The translations under genes were made by a program, and so were the position numbers. The notes under the pieces are model-generated. The model made no database searches. It worked only from the letters and a program-made list of their open reading frames with translations, and had not been told where the DNA came from. DNA of 64,000 bases from Podarcis filfolensis (Eukaryota): NCBI GenBank assembly GCA_964270895.1, contig OZ185435.1; one strand, given 5' to 3'. Below, in pieces: positions 36,720-50,275 of the stretch (its first letter is position 1; the number at the start of each line of letters is the position of its first letter).

Positions 36720-36873
36720 CTGTGGAACGGTCTCTCTCGGGAGGTTGTGGACTCTCCTTGGAGGTTTTAAAGCAGAGGCTGGATCTGTCATGGATGCTTT
36801 AGCTGAGTTTTCTGCATTGCAGGGGGTTGTACCAGATGACCCTTAGAGTCCCTTTCAACTCTACAATTCTATG
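36720..36873 (+). mobile_element. CR1 LINE 3' end
   Basis: GGAGGTTTTAAAGCAGAGGCTGGA...CCCTTTCAACTCTACAATTCTATG. Confidence 0.6.
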
Positions 36874-36887
36874 GCTTGGGCTCTAGT

Positions 36888-36889
<2 letters not shown>

Positions 36890-36960
<71 letters not shown>
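36890..36960. repeat. Compound (GT)n(GA)n microsatellite
   Basis: Seen directly. Confidence 0.95.
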
Positions 36961-36963
<3 letters not shown>

Positions 36964-39204
36964 ACTGATGTACGTATCCATGCCAAATGATTTATGCTGA
37001 GCCGTTTTCCCCATAACCAGAACATTAGTGAGCAGTAGCTCTGCCTCCTGAAATGGAAAAATGCATTTGTAACAGGTCTGTTTTCCCATTTACATGTGGG
37101 TGGTGAGTTTGAGATGGATTCAAAGGCTTTCTTGGGGACAGGAAGGAGGCAAGAGCAGGTGAGTGCTGTGGAAGTGCAAGGAAGCAGCCAGAATGCAGGA
37201 ACCATGAAGAAGGAAGTAGAAGCAGCAAGCCTTGTTTGGCAAGTGGGGAAGCAACGGCCATGCAATAATTCAGTAAGGTGTAAAATAACTGCACAGGCTG
37301 CAGCTGAAAATGGCAGCTCGGTGTTGATTTTCTCTCTCCCTTTCGTGCAATCCCAGTTCAATTTATCCTGGGCCATGGCATTCTTGGAAGGTATGTTTTC
37401 TTCCTCTCACATCACATAACTGCTTGTGTGGTGTGAGGGACACACATTTCTGTTAGGGAATCATTCTGCCAGAAACAAGTAGAAAGCTTCTAGAAGGCTC
37501 CAGAGCTTTTCCTTTATATATGGGAGTGGCACTCTGAGTTTAATTAGCATCAGCTGGAAGTGCCAATAAGAAGAAGAAGACTACTTGGCTTCGTTTTTGC
37601 AGATGCTTGATAGCAGATGTTTGTCCGAAGAGTGTTGCCTGTAAAACCTGCTGAAGGACTGTTCCTGTAATTTACGATGTGTGGGAGAGAAGAGAGACTT
37701 TTGTTTGAAAGTGCACTGTTAACTGCTGTTTATTTTAACAGTTGAAAATATCTTTGCTACCTAATGCTTGTACCTGGACTGGGAATAAAATCTCTTGACT
37801 GAGACTTCACAGAGTTTGTGAGTCATCTTTACAACAATTTCGTCCTTGTTCACCACTTCCGCGAGAGAAAGTATATAAACTCTGCTGAACAGTTTAGAAC
37901 GAGGTTTTACCTAACCACCAGTTTCTGTGCAGCGAAAAGGGTGTGGACGGTAACCTCTAATAATTTCAGAATGTGGGGCAAGTTGCACTTGATTTGAGAA
38001 GAATGAGGAAAACAGGGGGTCATCATTTTCACCAGTGGCACTGTGTATCTTGTAATATGCATGTCCCCCCTTCTAGTGTAGACTGAGGCCAGATTCACAC
38101 ATTCTCACCAACAGTAGTGGGCTATGGGAAAAAGTGAGCAGGGCAATGGGTGTGATTTCTGCCATTGTCCAGTAAGCTACATTCCAGCCATGTAAAAGGT
38201 TTCTCTACACGCAGGCCGGCAAGAGACATCATTACACTTCCGAGGACACATTTCAGTCACACACAAATACTCAAGGCCAATGGAGAACAAGCCAGGGAGA
38301 GGCGCTGCCTAGGGAGGGTAGCCTACAGAGAGTCGCAAAGGCAAGATAGAGAGATAAGTGGGGGGATTGATTTGCCCCTAGGGCTGGAGCTATCTACCCC
38401 ACACCAACTACAATGCCCTGGATAATATTATGGCATTTAAAATAGATAGGTGCAGCAGAGTATTTTCTGCAAATGCTTAGAGCAGAGATCTCTCAGTGAG
38501 CTACTTGACCAAATTTATATTGTATATTTTGAACTTGTTTTGTAAAGGATGCCTGTGCAAGGAGAAGATGATAACGCCTTTCAGACATTAATGGAGTTTT
38601 TTTCTCCAGAGACCATCTGGGTTCTGATACAAAACGTTCTTTCCAGTCTAGCCATTCTTTTCTCCCTCTTGGTTTGCTGACTATATATTAATGGAAGAGG
38701 GAATAGAAATTACACTTCTGGATCACTCTGCAGCCGTTTATTGGAGTGCCATAATGAAAGTGCTGCATGGCAAAAAAAAAAACACCAATACAAAATAAAA
38801 TGTACCTATGGCAAATTGCAATACATTGCAGAATTCAACTTTTGCTACTTTTTATTTATTAATCATGAGAAAAACAACTTTCTGTCAAATTATAGACATG
38901 GAGATGTGTGGTCTGGTGACTAGTGTTGTTTATGTTTGGTAGCCTATAGGGTCTGCTCCAAGACTAATATATTATGTATGTTTTCCCCCAGAGACTTCAA
39001 TGGGCATTAAATCTGATGTCAAAATTAAAACAACATTTGCAGGGGCTAAAACATCTCTTTACCTTTTCTACTAGCTCATCTCAGTTTTTTTTATGTTCAG
39101 AGTAGAATCTCATCTATTCAGGTCTTAGGAGCAGAAAGGAATCTGGCAGGTTTGGATGAGTCTAGCAACATTTCTAGTACCGTAATACTTATATAATCCC
39201 GGTG

Positions 39205-39975
39205 GCCAGTAATTGCTTGAATGTAAGAAAAGACCTGCTGCATCAGATTGAAGACCTATCTCGTCCAGCAGCCTTTTCTCATGGTGACCAAACAGCCCCC
39301 AGCAGCATGATCCCAGTGGGGTGCCATCACGGCTGTCCCCCCAGCCCATGCTGGGCACCACGCCCACGCAGGCGGTGTGTCACGCCCCCAAGATGAGCAC
39401 CAGCCCCACCCCCACCTGCTCTCCGCCCCCTGGTGCCGGAGCATGAAGCTCCATCACTGCCAAACAGATGCCTATGAGAAGTCCAGAAGCACAAACTTAG
39501 CAATAGGGGCGTTCTCCCCATTTTGTATTCCCCAGCAACTGATATTCAGAGGCCTACCAGTTCTGATATTGGAGACAGCACACCGATATCATGACTAGTA
39601 GCCATGAATAGCTTCATTCTCCATATATTTGTCTAATCCCATTTTAAAGCTACCCAAACTGGTGGTCATAATTGCATCTTTTGGTAGTGAACACCATAGT
39701 TTAACTGCAATGTGTGAAGAAGTACTTTGTTTATTGTTCTGAATCTTCAAAGGTTTAGTTTCATTGCATGACCCTGGGTTCTAGTATTATGAGGGAGAAA
39801 AAAATATATCTCTTGATCCATTTTCTTCACACCATGCCAAATTTATATATCATGTCACGTCTTACATTTTGTCCATGCTGAAAGGCTCCCAATGTTGTAA
39901 TCTTTCCTTATAGGGAAATTGGTTCAGTCACTTGGTCATCCTGGTGGCCCTTTTCTGCACCTTTTACAGATCTAA
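39205..39975 (-). mobile_element. CR1 LINE 3' region (degenerate) with inserted hAT piece
   Basis: TGTAAGAAAAGACCTGCTG...GGTGACCAAA|CAGATGCC and GGTGGCCCTTTTCTGCACC motifs typical of CR1 3' sequence. Confidence 0.7.
39296..39459 (-). mobile_element. GC-rich hAT-type element lacking one TIR
   Basis: Perfect 8-bp direct repeat CCAAACAG at 39288-95 and 39460-67; single CAGTGATGGAGC end. Confidence 0.65.
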
Positions 39976-40670
39976 AATCTTTTAAAAGATTGTAACCTAT
40001 CCTGGGATCTTAGGGCAAAGGGTGGGTAATAAATAACAAAACAAGAACCCTATACAACACACGGTCAGTTGTTTGTGAGCAGGTCTTTGAGAGCAGCCGT
40101 TATCAAACAAGTAGCCATGTAACTGAGAGGATATTTCACCATAATATTAATTAAAATATCTCCTGCCCTAATGTGTGGCTCAAATGGCTCATGAGGCAGC
40201 AGTAACAGCAGAATAAAGGTCCTTGATGTGGGATTCATGCCACGTGACTTTTTTTTTAAAAAAGGCAAGTCCATTATTTTTAATAACTCTATGATTCATT
40301 TATAGGAAGGAATTAAAAATAAAGCATTAGCACACTGCCTTCTTATGAACATTCTTAAAAGCAAAGGATTCCTATGGATTAGTAAGCAACCTAAAAATAG
40401 GAACCATTTATCTTAGCTGTATCACCATAAATATAGGGACAAAGACAAGATGCATAACTTTGAACTCACAATGCTTTTCATGCATGCCAGCTTCCAGTCA
40501 GCATAATTGTTTAATCCAAAATTTAAAAAGAGAGAGAGAAGAATTTGGGAAAGGAAAATTCAAGTTCAAGCCAGGCTGACTTTTCCTTAAAGGAAAGTCT
40601 CAGGGCAGTACAAATGCAGCACCCCCTCCCCCAAAACAAACAAAAGGGTTGGAATATGATTACACTGTAT

Positions 40671-40835
40671 CAGTGGCGTAGCGTGGGTTGTCAGCACCCG
40701 GGGCAAGGCAAGTAATTTGCGCCCCCTAACCCGTGGATTTTAGCACTGATTTTAGCACTGCGAGTGCGAGCGCCCCCCCCAGATGTTGTGCCCGGTGCGG
40801 CCGGGCCCCCCTGCACCCCCCACGCTACGCCACTG
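40671..40835. mobile_element. hAT MITE, 165 bp
   Basis: Perfect 17-bp TIR CAGTGGCGTAGCGTGGG; perfect TSD CACTGTAT (40663-70, 40836-43). Confidence 0.95.
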
Positions 40836-41294
40836 CACTGTATTTTGAAAGAGACTCACGTTCAATTTTTTTGGATGCCTGAGAATTAATTTTCATGAGA
40901 AACTTGAGAGCCTTCAGAAATGTAAAGCCGAAAGCAGAGGCTTATCCACCTATGGTGTGCTAAACAAATTCCTGGGCCTGCAGGCTTCTGCATCCATTAT
41001 AGGGTCAAACTAGTCTTGGTGTTAAATGTTCATGTTGGACCAATGAGGGGTTTCAGCAGCTTCAAAGGAAAGGCTATATGATATACCCTGATTTACCTGC
41101 TATTGATAGTGGGTAGCTGTCCCTTTTCTTGATCGCCCAATTCAAATAATTTATGTGCCAAGGTTCCTAAGCCAATGCTTGATAACAGGTCCTGAATCAG
41201 CACCCAGCATGGTGGGGTAATTGTGTGCAATGTTGCCTAATGTACAAATGTCTGCAAATCTTATCTGTATCAGCGAGTCTTTGATGTTTGATTA

Positions 41295-41378
41295 AGTAAT
41301 TATATGTGTTGGAAGCCGCCCAGAGTGGTTGGGGCAACCCTACTCCTATGGGCAGAGTATAGGTTATAAAATTATTAC
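41295..41378 (+). mobile_element. L2 3' end
   Basis: GGAAGCCGCCCAGAGTGG...GGGCAG motif. Confidence 0.65.
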
Positions 41379-42843
41379 CATCTCATATAATGTGTGTTTG
41401 TATGTTGTTTTCAGAAACATACGCATTCCTATGCACACTTCACCCTAACGTATGCATTCAAATTGCTGGGCTGGAGAACTGCATTGCAAAATTCAGAGAA
41501 GCGTCCATTTCAAAGTCATGTTTGGGATTGTGTCTTGTTTCAGAAATTTCTCCTTCATCCTTACTGGTGTGCTTATTAGGGCAAGGGCAGAAGAGACAAC
41601 CTGTTCTGGGGTTTCTGCCAATCCTCTGGAGCAGATTTGGAGGACAGCATAGGGCACTCGCAGGAAGGCAAGAGGGGGAAAATCCCATTGCACTAGTGCT
41701 AATCCAAGAATTTAGTTGAATACCATCCCATAGGTGGAAATGTATGCACAGACATATATTTCCTGCTCTTTTACAGTCTGTTGGAAGCAAGCAATATGTA
41801 GAACTAGCATGCTTTGTGGCTACAAGTGGAATTGCATGCTCAGGAATCCCTTAAAAACCTGGTTTCCCAGATTGAGAGCTATATACACTAATACGGAGCT
41901 TTATTTAAACTGAAATGCTATTAATTTTTTTATTACATATAAAGTGACAACTGTTCATGTTCATTTTCTCGCTAGGAAGGATAAGGATCTTCTCTGGAAG
42001 ACTTCCCATTGGGAACAGTATAATCTGTTCATGAAATGCCGTGCTCTGTAATCTTTTTTAAACATTTTGCAGATTATTGCCACAATCCAGCGTTGAGTCA
42101 TGTGCATTTAAGGCCAACTGATTTCAGTGGGACTTACAAATGCTTAACGGTGCACTGGAATGTGGCCTGCAGATATATGTCTGTGCAATGTACAAGAAGT
42201 TAAGTACTTGGCATTTAACATTTAAACACAGAAGCCAACATGACAAACCTTGTTCTCATGATAATTGTGGAATTCTTTTGGAAGGGAGAGAGAGTCTGAA
42301 GACCCTTGAGGTGAATTTTAAGAAGGAAAACAAAAAAAGAGAGGTTGTTTATTGTGAGGAAAGTTAATCTGTTCTATTTGTTTTATCCCAGAAAGGTGGG
42401 GGTCTTGCTTGGCATTTGCTGTCAACACTATAGCTGTGAATCTTTGGGGGAAATCTTCAGAATTTGACAAAATGAATAATCAATATAATTGAGAAGCAAA
42501 ATCATCATAAGGCCGTGGGCGGCAAAGTACGAGACCCAGGCAAATTGCAACATTAGAAACTAGAGGGGGAATATTTTTTGCACTACAGCTTCTCTGTTAC
42601 AAACATAGATTTCTATAATTTTAGAAGCTACTTTTTTATATATATTTGATGTCTTCCAGTATGACCTTCTTTTTATATTATAAAATATATTATATGATTG
42701 CATAAGCACTAGCCATGGTCAAAATCATCAGTGCTTTGTGTCAACCAGTTTTGAAAGGCTAATAAGCCATCATTAGAAGGGCCATGATTTTATGTAGCTT
42801 AAGTGGAGTGCATTCTATTCAATGCTCATGCCTGACCGACTGG

Positions 42844-43202
42844 GTAAAGGTAAAGTCCACTCAAAGGCGACTATGGGGTTGTGGCGCTCATCTTGCTTCA
42901 GGCCAAGGAAGCCAGTGTTTGTCCACAGACAGCTTTCCAGGTCATGTGGCCAGCATGACTAAACCGCTTCTGGTGCAATGGGACACCATGACAAGTTCCA
43001 GTGTGCATGAAACACTGTTTACCTTCCTGCCACAGCAGTACCTATTTATCTACTTGCACTGGTGTGCTTTCAAACTGCTTGGTTGGCAGAAGCTTGGACA
43101 GCAATGGAAGCTCACCACCATTGCATGGATTCAAACTGCCAACCTTCCGATCGGCAAGCCCAAGAGGCTCAGTGGTTTAGACCACAGCAACACCCGTGTC
43201 CC
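42844..43202 (-). mobile_element. Sauria SINE
   Basis: (ACCTTT)n tail, GGTCATGTGGCCAGCATGACT hairpin, GTACCTATTTATCTACTTGCA core, tRNA-like head. Confidence 0.85.
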
Positions 43203-44484
43203 ACAGGCTGGATACCTAAATATGTACCATTTTTAACCACTGACTGGATACCTATATATTTACCATTTTTTACTAATCTGCACAAGTGAGGTATATAATG
43301 GTTCCAGTTAGCTACGTAGGACATCACTTTGATAATATTGAAATACTGAAGCATAACAATAGCAGGCATGACCCAAAGTGTTATTCATGTTTATGTACCA
43401 CTGGGAAAGTTGATGTGTTTGGATAAAATGTCTGAATTTGAAGCAAGGGGATTTTTAAATGAATTGGAAATACTTTATGGGGAAGATTTAGAGCTATGGT
43501 ATTATAAAGTATGGGAAACTGCTTTATTAGAAAAAATAACACCCCAAATTTGAGTACAAAAGGAACATGACACATCTGAGTCTGTTTTGTCTGATTTTAT
43601 TTCCTTTGTAAACAATGCAGATTATGGCCTTTCCCTGCCCATCTATGAACAAGACAATATTAAGACACTATATAATCTGATAATGTAAATCTGCCCTGAG
43701 TGCCCCATCTTTTGGTCTGCTTGTGAAAAAGAGAAGCATTTAATGTGAACCCACCCTAGAAGAGGAAAGAAAGCTATATATTAGTTACCTCAATTATGTC
43801 ATCCTTTTAGGAAAACCAATTCAGGTCACTTTCCCTTTTTATCATCCCCATTTTAGACTGATCTCAATTCACAGAAAGATGCCAGCTTTGTTTCTGATTT
43901 GGGAAGAGCACAAAGAATATGAAGTTGCCCATCTGTCAGGAACTGTTTTATCCATCTGCACACACACACAGAGAGAGACACACAATAGTGTAGAATGGAT
44001 GGTGAAATGAAGTCCTTGCTTACTATGCCTTTTCCGAGGGTGTGGCAGGGGAAGGGAGAGGTGCTATTATCTTTGCCCTGAAATATTTGTTGTGCCCAAA
44101 GGTGTCTGCTTCTAAGAACAAGTTGCTGGCATGGAGTATGCAAAGGCTTAGAGGAAAGCCACACTTTATGAAGCCAGTTCTATTTGCAGTGCTCCAGGAA
44201 ACTAGGCAGGGCTTTCGTGGGAAGCAGTTACCATGACTACATAGTAGAAACAAACATTTGAAAGGTTTGTTTCGATTGTGCACCAATAGCAGTGGAATTA
44301 TGCCTAAGCAGGGCAAGGTCTTAGAAGTTACAGCTGTAGACACACACAGTTTATCCAAGTTCTTCTCGTGCATCACTGATTTATTGCTAGTAAGCAGTAA
44401 AGTCCCTTCAATTAATATGTAATGCTTGCTGTCCCACTGTTATTCTCATCATAATATTTATTTAGGGATTATGTGTGACAATAA

Positions 44485-44698
44485 GGCCACATTCACAGTG
44501 TACATTTAAAGCACTATGACACTACTTTAAACTGTCAGACCCCCTTTCCTGTCACAGAACTATCTATCCCTCTTCCCAGGATCTCCTAACAACCATCAGC
44601 ACTCTTAACAAATGGCAGCTCCCAGAATTCTTTGAGGGGAAGCCATGACAGTTTAAAGTGGTATCGCAGTGCTTTAAATGTATGGTGTGAATGTGGTC
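44485..44698. mobile_element. PIF/Harbinger MITE
   Basis: TIR GGCCACATTCACA / TGTGAATGTGGTC, ~50-bp imperfect subterminal inverted repeat, TAA TSD on both sides. Confidence 0.85.
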
Positions 44699-45989
44699 TA
44701 AGAATGGACAAAACTGGGCTAATATTGACCTTGCCACAAGGCAATTTCCAATGTTCTTAAGCACATCCAGAGCAAATCCTGTGCATGCAACTCAGAAGTA
44801 AGTGCCACTGAGTTCAATGGAAATTACTTCCAGTCAAGCTGATAGAGGATTGGAGCTTGAAACATTGCACTTGCTTCTTATTTAAAGAGTGGGACAGGGA
44901 TTATAGCAATCTCAATGCTGAAAAAGTTCTGCATACTGTGAAGAGCACAAAGGGAGAGGAGAGGAGCCTGGTAGGATGGAAGGTAGCAGAGCTAGCTGAA
45001 AAGAGGCTGGAGAGGAGAGTCTATGGAGCTGAGTGGGGAACAGAGAGGGAAGTACCTACTCAGTCAATGTGAGTACAGGGCCAAAAGAACCAGAGAGGAG
45101 AGATAGCAAAGCATGAGAAGACCTTTGCCCAATCTGAGTCCCCTCCAGGCCTGACATATCACTTCCTCCCAGCAACAAGTTGCTGGAACAAAGGACTCTT
45201 CTCTGTCCACCAAAGGAAATTTATTATGTGAAAAGCTTCTTTAGACTTTCAACTGCCTGGGGGAGGAGGAGCATGAATCAAGAGTGGAATGGGTACATTT
45301 GGTTCACAATGGTAATGTTTACTTTGCAACTTGGGGAGCTGAAATGTTAAATAGAAATGAGAGCCAAGAACCACAATCTGACTATATAATGTGGGCTACA
45401 TAAATACATCAAGCTGGCTGCATCTGGCTTTCGGAGTGGGTGTTTGCTGTGGAGTCATTATGAGATCTGCTAAACAACAGTTACCAAAAGCAGCAAGCAA
45501 CAGTATTTATTACACTCCTGATCAAGGGAGTGATTTCAGCTTTTGAAATTTGCCTGTGTGCATTACAACCTTTGTCAAAATAATGAGACAGTAGTTTTGA
45601 TCTCGCTCACAGACTGAGAAACCCCAGAACAATAAGGCTATGCACGAATCCATTTTAGTGTTCTGTGGCTAATTTTATGTGCTAGTCATATTGGTTCATG
45701 CCTCTCTTTCTATTATAGCCTCGGCACATTATAAAACAGCTTGTTTCCAAGAGGAGGGTGAAGCAATCAAGCTTCTTGAGACGTATCCTGGGGCTCCCAA
45801 GTTCAATGTGTGCAGAACTAGGTATACACACGATGGAACACTGGGTGTGGGCTAGCACTATAAAATACTAGTTGCACTGCCATTTTCGTTGCCAACCTTC
45901 GAGTCTCCTCTGGGACTTACTTAAGGACTCATAAATCCAGATGGTTCCAACTCTTACATGGCAAAATCAGCTCTATTGGTATTGACTTG

Positions 45990-46695
45990 GAACCCTTGTA
46001 CAATTCAAGTGAGCAATTCATTTTTCACAATATTCAAACCAGATTCAGGGACACTGAAAAACAAAACATCAAGTCAGCTGTTAATAAAATTTGCTCCTCC
46101 AAGTTCTATGATTTAAATGAAACAGATAACAGGGTCACTTATATCTCAAAATTAATAATTCCAGTCCAACGCAGGGACTTTATATTAGCCCAACTGAATG
46201 TTTTTCCCTCAGCTTTTGTGAAGAGCAGATATTTAAACATTCCCAGAAATGATAGACATTGCAGATATTCTTTGAATGTGCCAAACACTGTAGAACATAT
46301 CCTTTTCTACTGTCTGTTGTACAACCAACTACACAAACACGTGCGATCTCCTTTTTGGAGTAGTCTAATATCATGGCACAATGAAAATATCAGATTCTAT
46401 CTGTCTGACATTAACCCGGAAGTAACTGGAAGGGTGACTGAGTTTTTGTCAATAGTATCTCTTAGAGTGGTGAATGGCACTATTTAGCAGAAAGAAATCT
46501 CAGTGAAAATCCTCGACATTATATATTTTACATGGCTGTTTATTTGTATGTATTTTAAAATTTTACATGTGAATGTTTTACGACGTTTGCAGTGGAAGAC
46601 AGAAGTGCCTGGCGTGCTCTGGTCCATGGGGTCACGAAGAGTCGGACACAACTAAACGACTAAACAACAACAAATACTTGCAATGCCTAATAAAG
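45990..46695 (+). mobile_element. Older RTEX-like LINE 3' fragment
   Basis: ORF 45987-46487 RRDFILAQLNVFPSA...RY...RHC...TVEHILFYCLLY parallels the C-terminus of the 28739 ORF; AATAAA at ~46690. Confidence 0.7.
46581..46673 (+). mobile_element. Bov-B (RTE) LINE 3' end
   Basis: GCCTGGCGTGCTCTGGTCCATGGGGTCACGAAGAGTCGGACAC...(AAC)n. Confidence 0.8.
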
Positions 46696-47850
46696 TTTTG
46701 GCGAAGTAGGTAAGGCTTGTTTGTTGTTGCTGTTTATTACATTTTCTGGTCATTTTATCCAAATGAACAAGTCTTGGCATGGAATCATAAGCTATACAAT
46801 AGAAGATTCAATAGAATGTGGAATCCATAGATTATTGGCTAGGCTGATTAAAAGGAACCACCCTCCCAAAAAAAGAGAAAAACTTCAGAAAATCACGACT
46901 TGGCTGATTATTTTTTTAAAAAATCTAAGAAAGTAAATGAAACAGAAACATAAAGTACCTGACAGCCACACAAATTCCAATGGAAGCAAGCTGTTCCTCA
47001 ATACTAGCATCGTGGTGTCTTCCAGCTGTGCTTGAATTTGTCACATTCAAGCAGCACCAGCACATCACATCCAGAAGGGTTGGGAAACATTTTTTTCAGC
47101 CCAAGAGACACAAGCCCTTCCAGGCAACATTCCTGGGGCCATAGAGGAGCAGCTTTAAAGCTGATCACTGGGAGAGATGATGAGTGTCTACTTTGGGATG
47201 AATCATTCCTGACAGAGGAGAGCTACAATGTTTATGATTGCCAGAATGGAGGTGGGCAGTAAAAGTGCAGGGGGAGATGCTAGCCGTCCAAGGAAGCCAA
47301 AGTGCTGTAAGAGAAAACACACCAGCCAGAGTCATTGCCAGGCACACTGCAGGCACCATCCCCACCTTCCTATGCTTATGGGAATAGGGATGTTATGGGG
47401 AATTTTTTAAAGGAAACTAAGGCACCCCAAAAGGCTGTAGAGTGTTGAGCCCTGGAGAGATGATTTGTAGAATGAAAGGGCACAATCGTTGGCCACATTG
47501 ACAGTAAGGTAAGTACAACCAAAGCCCTGCACCCTGCCCACAATCATTTCACAGAAATGTTCTCCTTTGATCATTTCCCAACACAATTTCTTTCTCATTG
47601 ATTGCTTTAAAAAGTGCAGTAGAAATCTGGGGCTGTATTCAATATAACACAAAGGAGAACAATGATTTTTCCTTGGGCAGTGGAACATCATCCCCTCTGT
47701 CCCTGTGCACCCCCTAAATCTGTTCCAGGATTTGCCCCCAACCCCCAAGAGCAGATTTGGGGACAGTGCTTGATGCACATGGGAGGAGAAGAGGAGAGCA
47801 ACGTGTCATGGTGCCAATACGAATCCCCGTGCTAGGACAAATATTTAGTA

Positions 47851-48092
47851 CAGTGGTACCTTGGGTTACAAACGCTTTGGGTTACAAACGCTTCAGGTTA
47901 CAGACTCCGCTAACCTGGAAGTAGTACCTCGGGTTAAGAACTTTACCTCAGGATGAGAACAGAAATCGTGCAGCAGTGGCGCAGTGGCAGCGGGAGGCCC
48001 CATTAGCTAAAGTGGTACCTCAGGTTAAGAACAGTTTCAGGTTAAGAACAGACCTCCGGAACGAATTAAGTTCTTAACCCGAGGTACCACTG
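47851..48092. mobile_element. Tc1/mariner MITE (reverse orientation to 5786)
   Basis: CAGTGGTACC TIRs with TA TSD. Confidence 0.92.
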
Positions 48093-49984
48093 TAGAATAT
48101 TGTCCCTTAAGCTCAGCACTTGTGCAAAAAAACCCCCACTCCTGATGAGTAAAGATCATGGAACTTCAATGCAAAATCGGCCCTTTCTGATATATCATTT
48201 TATTGTGGAATCTCCTAATTATGAATTACCCCACTTGGGAAGCTTTTTCGAATGAAAATGCAAATCCTCCAGTAGCAAGAGCTTTTCCTTTGCTGTGCAG
48301 ATCACAGTACTTTTTGCCTGTCATAGCAGCTGAGAGCCTTCTGTCAGAGATGTATCTATCATCTCTCTGAAAATGAAAATGCTGGCAAACATGTAAACTA
48401 TTATTACCAGCCCCCTACATTTGTAGCTTAATAACACAACTTGATTACATGATGAAATGCTTCATCCCACAGCTGAAGCTTAAAGCCGCGCTTATTTTCA
48501 GCTCACAAAGCCCCTGCCGATTCAAGCACCACCTTTGTCTGCTTGTTTTAAAGGGAGCAATGGAATCAGTGCAAGAGCATTTGCTGGATGCGGATGCTGC
48601 ACAGGACATGTGGCAGAACATCCCTTTGCTTCGCACCGTTGTACCAGAAGGCAGAAGAGAATCAGTGTGGTACCCCGATGCTTTGCTTTGTTCGGTGAAA
48701 AGAGAAATCTAAGCAGCATCTATACAGCTTTGCAGAAAGTGGCTGAACAGCACAGATTTATAGCCTGCAGGGATCTGACCCAAGGATTTTATGGTCCACT
48801 TGACGTGAGAGGCACATGGACAGAGGCACAAAGGCAGGGAGTTTTCTAAGGATTTCACCTTTAGAAGTTGCCTGTGGTTCTTTTTGGTGTGCAGGCTGTG
48901 GGGGTTTTCCTTCCTCACTCATCCATTTATATACCTACCCAATGCCAAGGCCAATACACAGCTGGAACATAAAGGGGATAAGAAATAGCCGCAGCAGCAT
49001 TTTTAGCAACAAACCTGGAAAAGTAATATGGTTGGTAGTGGAAGTTTCAGAATAGTCATCAGTGTGTTCATTTGTGTGACACTATGTGAGTGAAGGGTGG
49101 TCCCTGGGCATCACCAAAAGAAAAGAAAAAAGAAAAGCAGAATCTATCACCCCAAAGGGGCAAAATAATATACATATGCCAATGAAATTTGTGTGTACTG
49201 ACTGATATGTATAGATACAAATAAGAATTCATTAAATGTTATTAAAATACATTAAAATACAACATATCTCATACTGCGCTGAATGTGTCTACATGCACAC
49301 ACAGCAAACAAACCTGAATTAATATCATGAAAAGGACCTTATTTAAAAGTTGATGTTTGTGAGCAGCACACTTCTGATTCTCTTCTGCAATATATTTATA
49401 GCTTATTTTTGAAATCACAAAATGTCCCCCTATTCCCTTTTCTAGATTTCTCCTTTGAGGGAAAAAAGACAGTGGGTGCCGTTACATCAGATAACAGGAG
49501 TACACACGAAACATTGACCACGGTACCCTCTTAGCATTTTCTGCATTCGTGATTCGTAACACTGAATTAATTTTAACTCGTGGGCAACCTTCATCTGCTG
49601 TCACTGCCAACTAAAAAGCCACACTGCTGACAACCACTGTCACTTCTCAAGGGATGTAAATTCTCAAGCCATTGCCTGCAGCACTGGAAATTCCCAAAGC
49701 TCTGGTTTGCAGCATGTGTCAGGGAGCAACAACAAAACAATTCCACACACAGAGCAAACACTTCATTCTCTTGCAACTTATTTGCCCTATGTGTCAGCTG
49801 AAGGAGACCAGCAAATATTAAATCTGCCACATAGATCCAGCTGATCATAGCAACATTTTTCAGGGGATGGATGATCAAAAAGGGAGTCACTGTTTTGATT
49901 CAATATTTCTGTGCCATATTCAAATGAGTGGCAATGGTTTTCATTTTAATCCCCAAAGCTAACTTCTTGTATGTGAGGGATGGA

Positions 49985-50275
49985 GGAAGCCAGTGTGATA
50001 TAGCGGTTACTGTGTTTGCCTAGGACTGAGATGATCCAGGCTAAATTCCCCCTAAGCTCACTGGGGTAGAATCTACACACATAAAAAACGCTGTGAAAAT
50101 GCTTTTTTTTAAAAAAAAGAAAAAACCAACACATTTTGAAAAATACATTGAATTTTGCATAGTTCATTTTCGCCATCTAGTGTCTCATTTGAATATTGCA
50201 CTTTACAACACATTTAAAACCTTTTATTTGAAGCTATGTAGCCGAGTCCTGGGTGACCTTGGGCCACTTACTGTT
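49985..50275 (+). mobile_element. Degenerate SINE split by a Harbinger-like insert (~50063-50249)
   Basis: SINE text CTCACTG|GGTGACCTTGGG interrupted by ATCTACAC...TGTAG element resembling 26052-26453. Confidence 0.4.

Noticed and set aside
39290-39460. CpG-island-like patch suggesting a promoter
   Set aside because: Explained by a GC-rich hAT element with an 8-bp TSD; likewise 40671-40835
48449-48849. Overlapping 87-aa and 104-aa ORFs
   Set aside because: No domain recognised, no convincing donor site, and non-ATG start for the longer ORF
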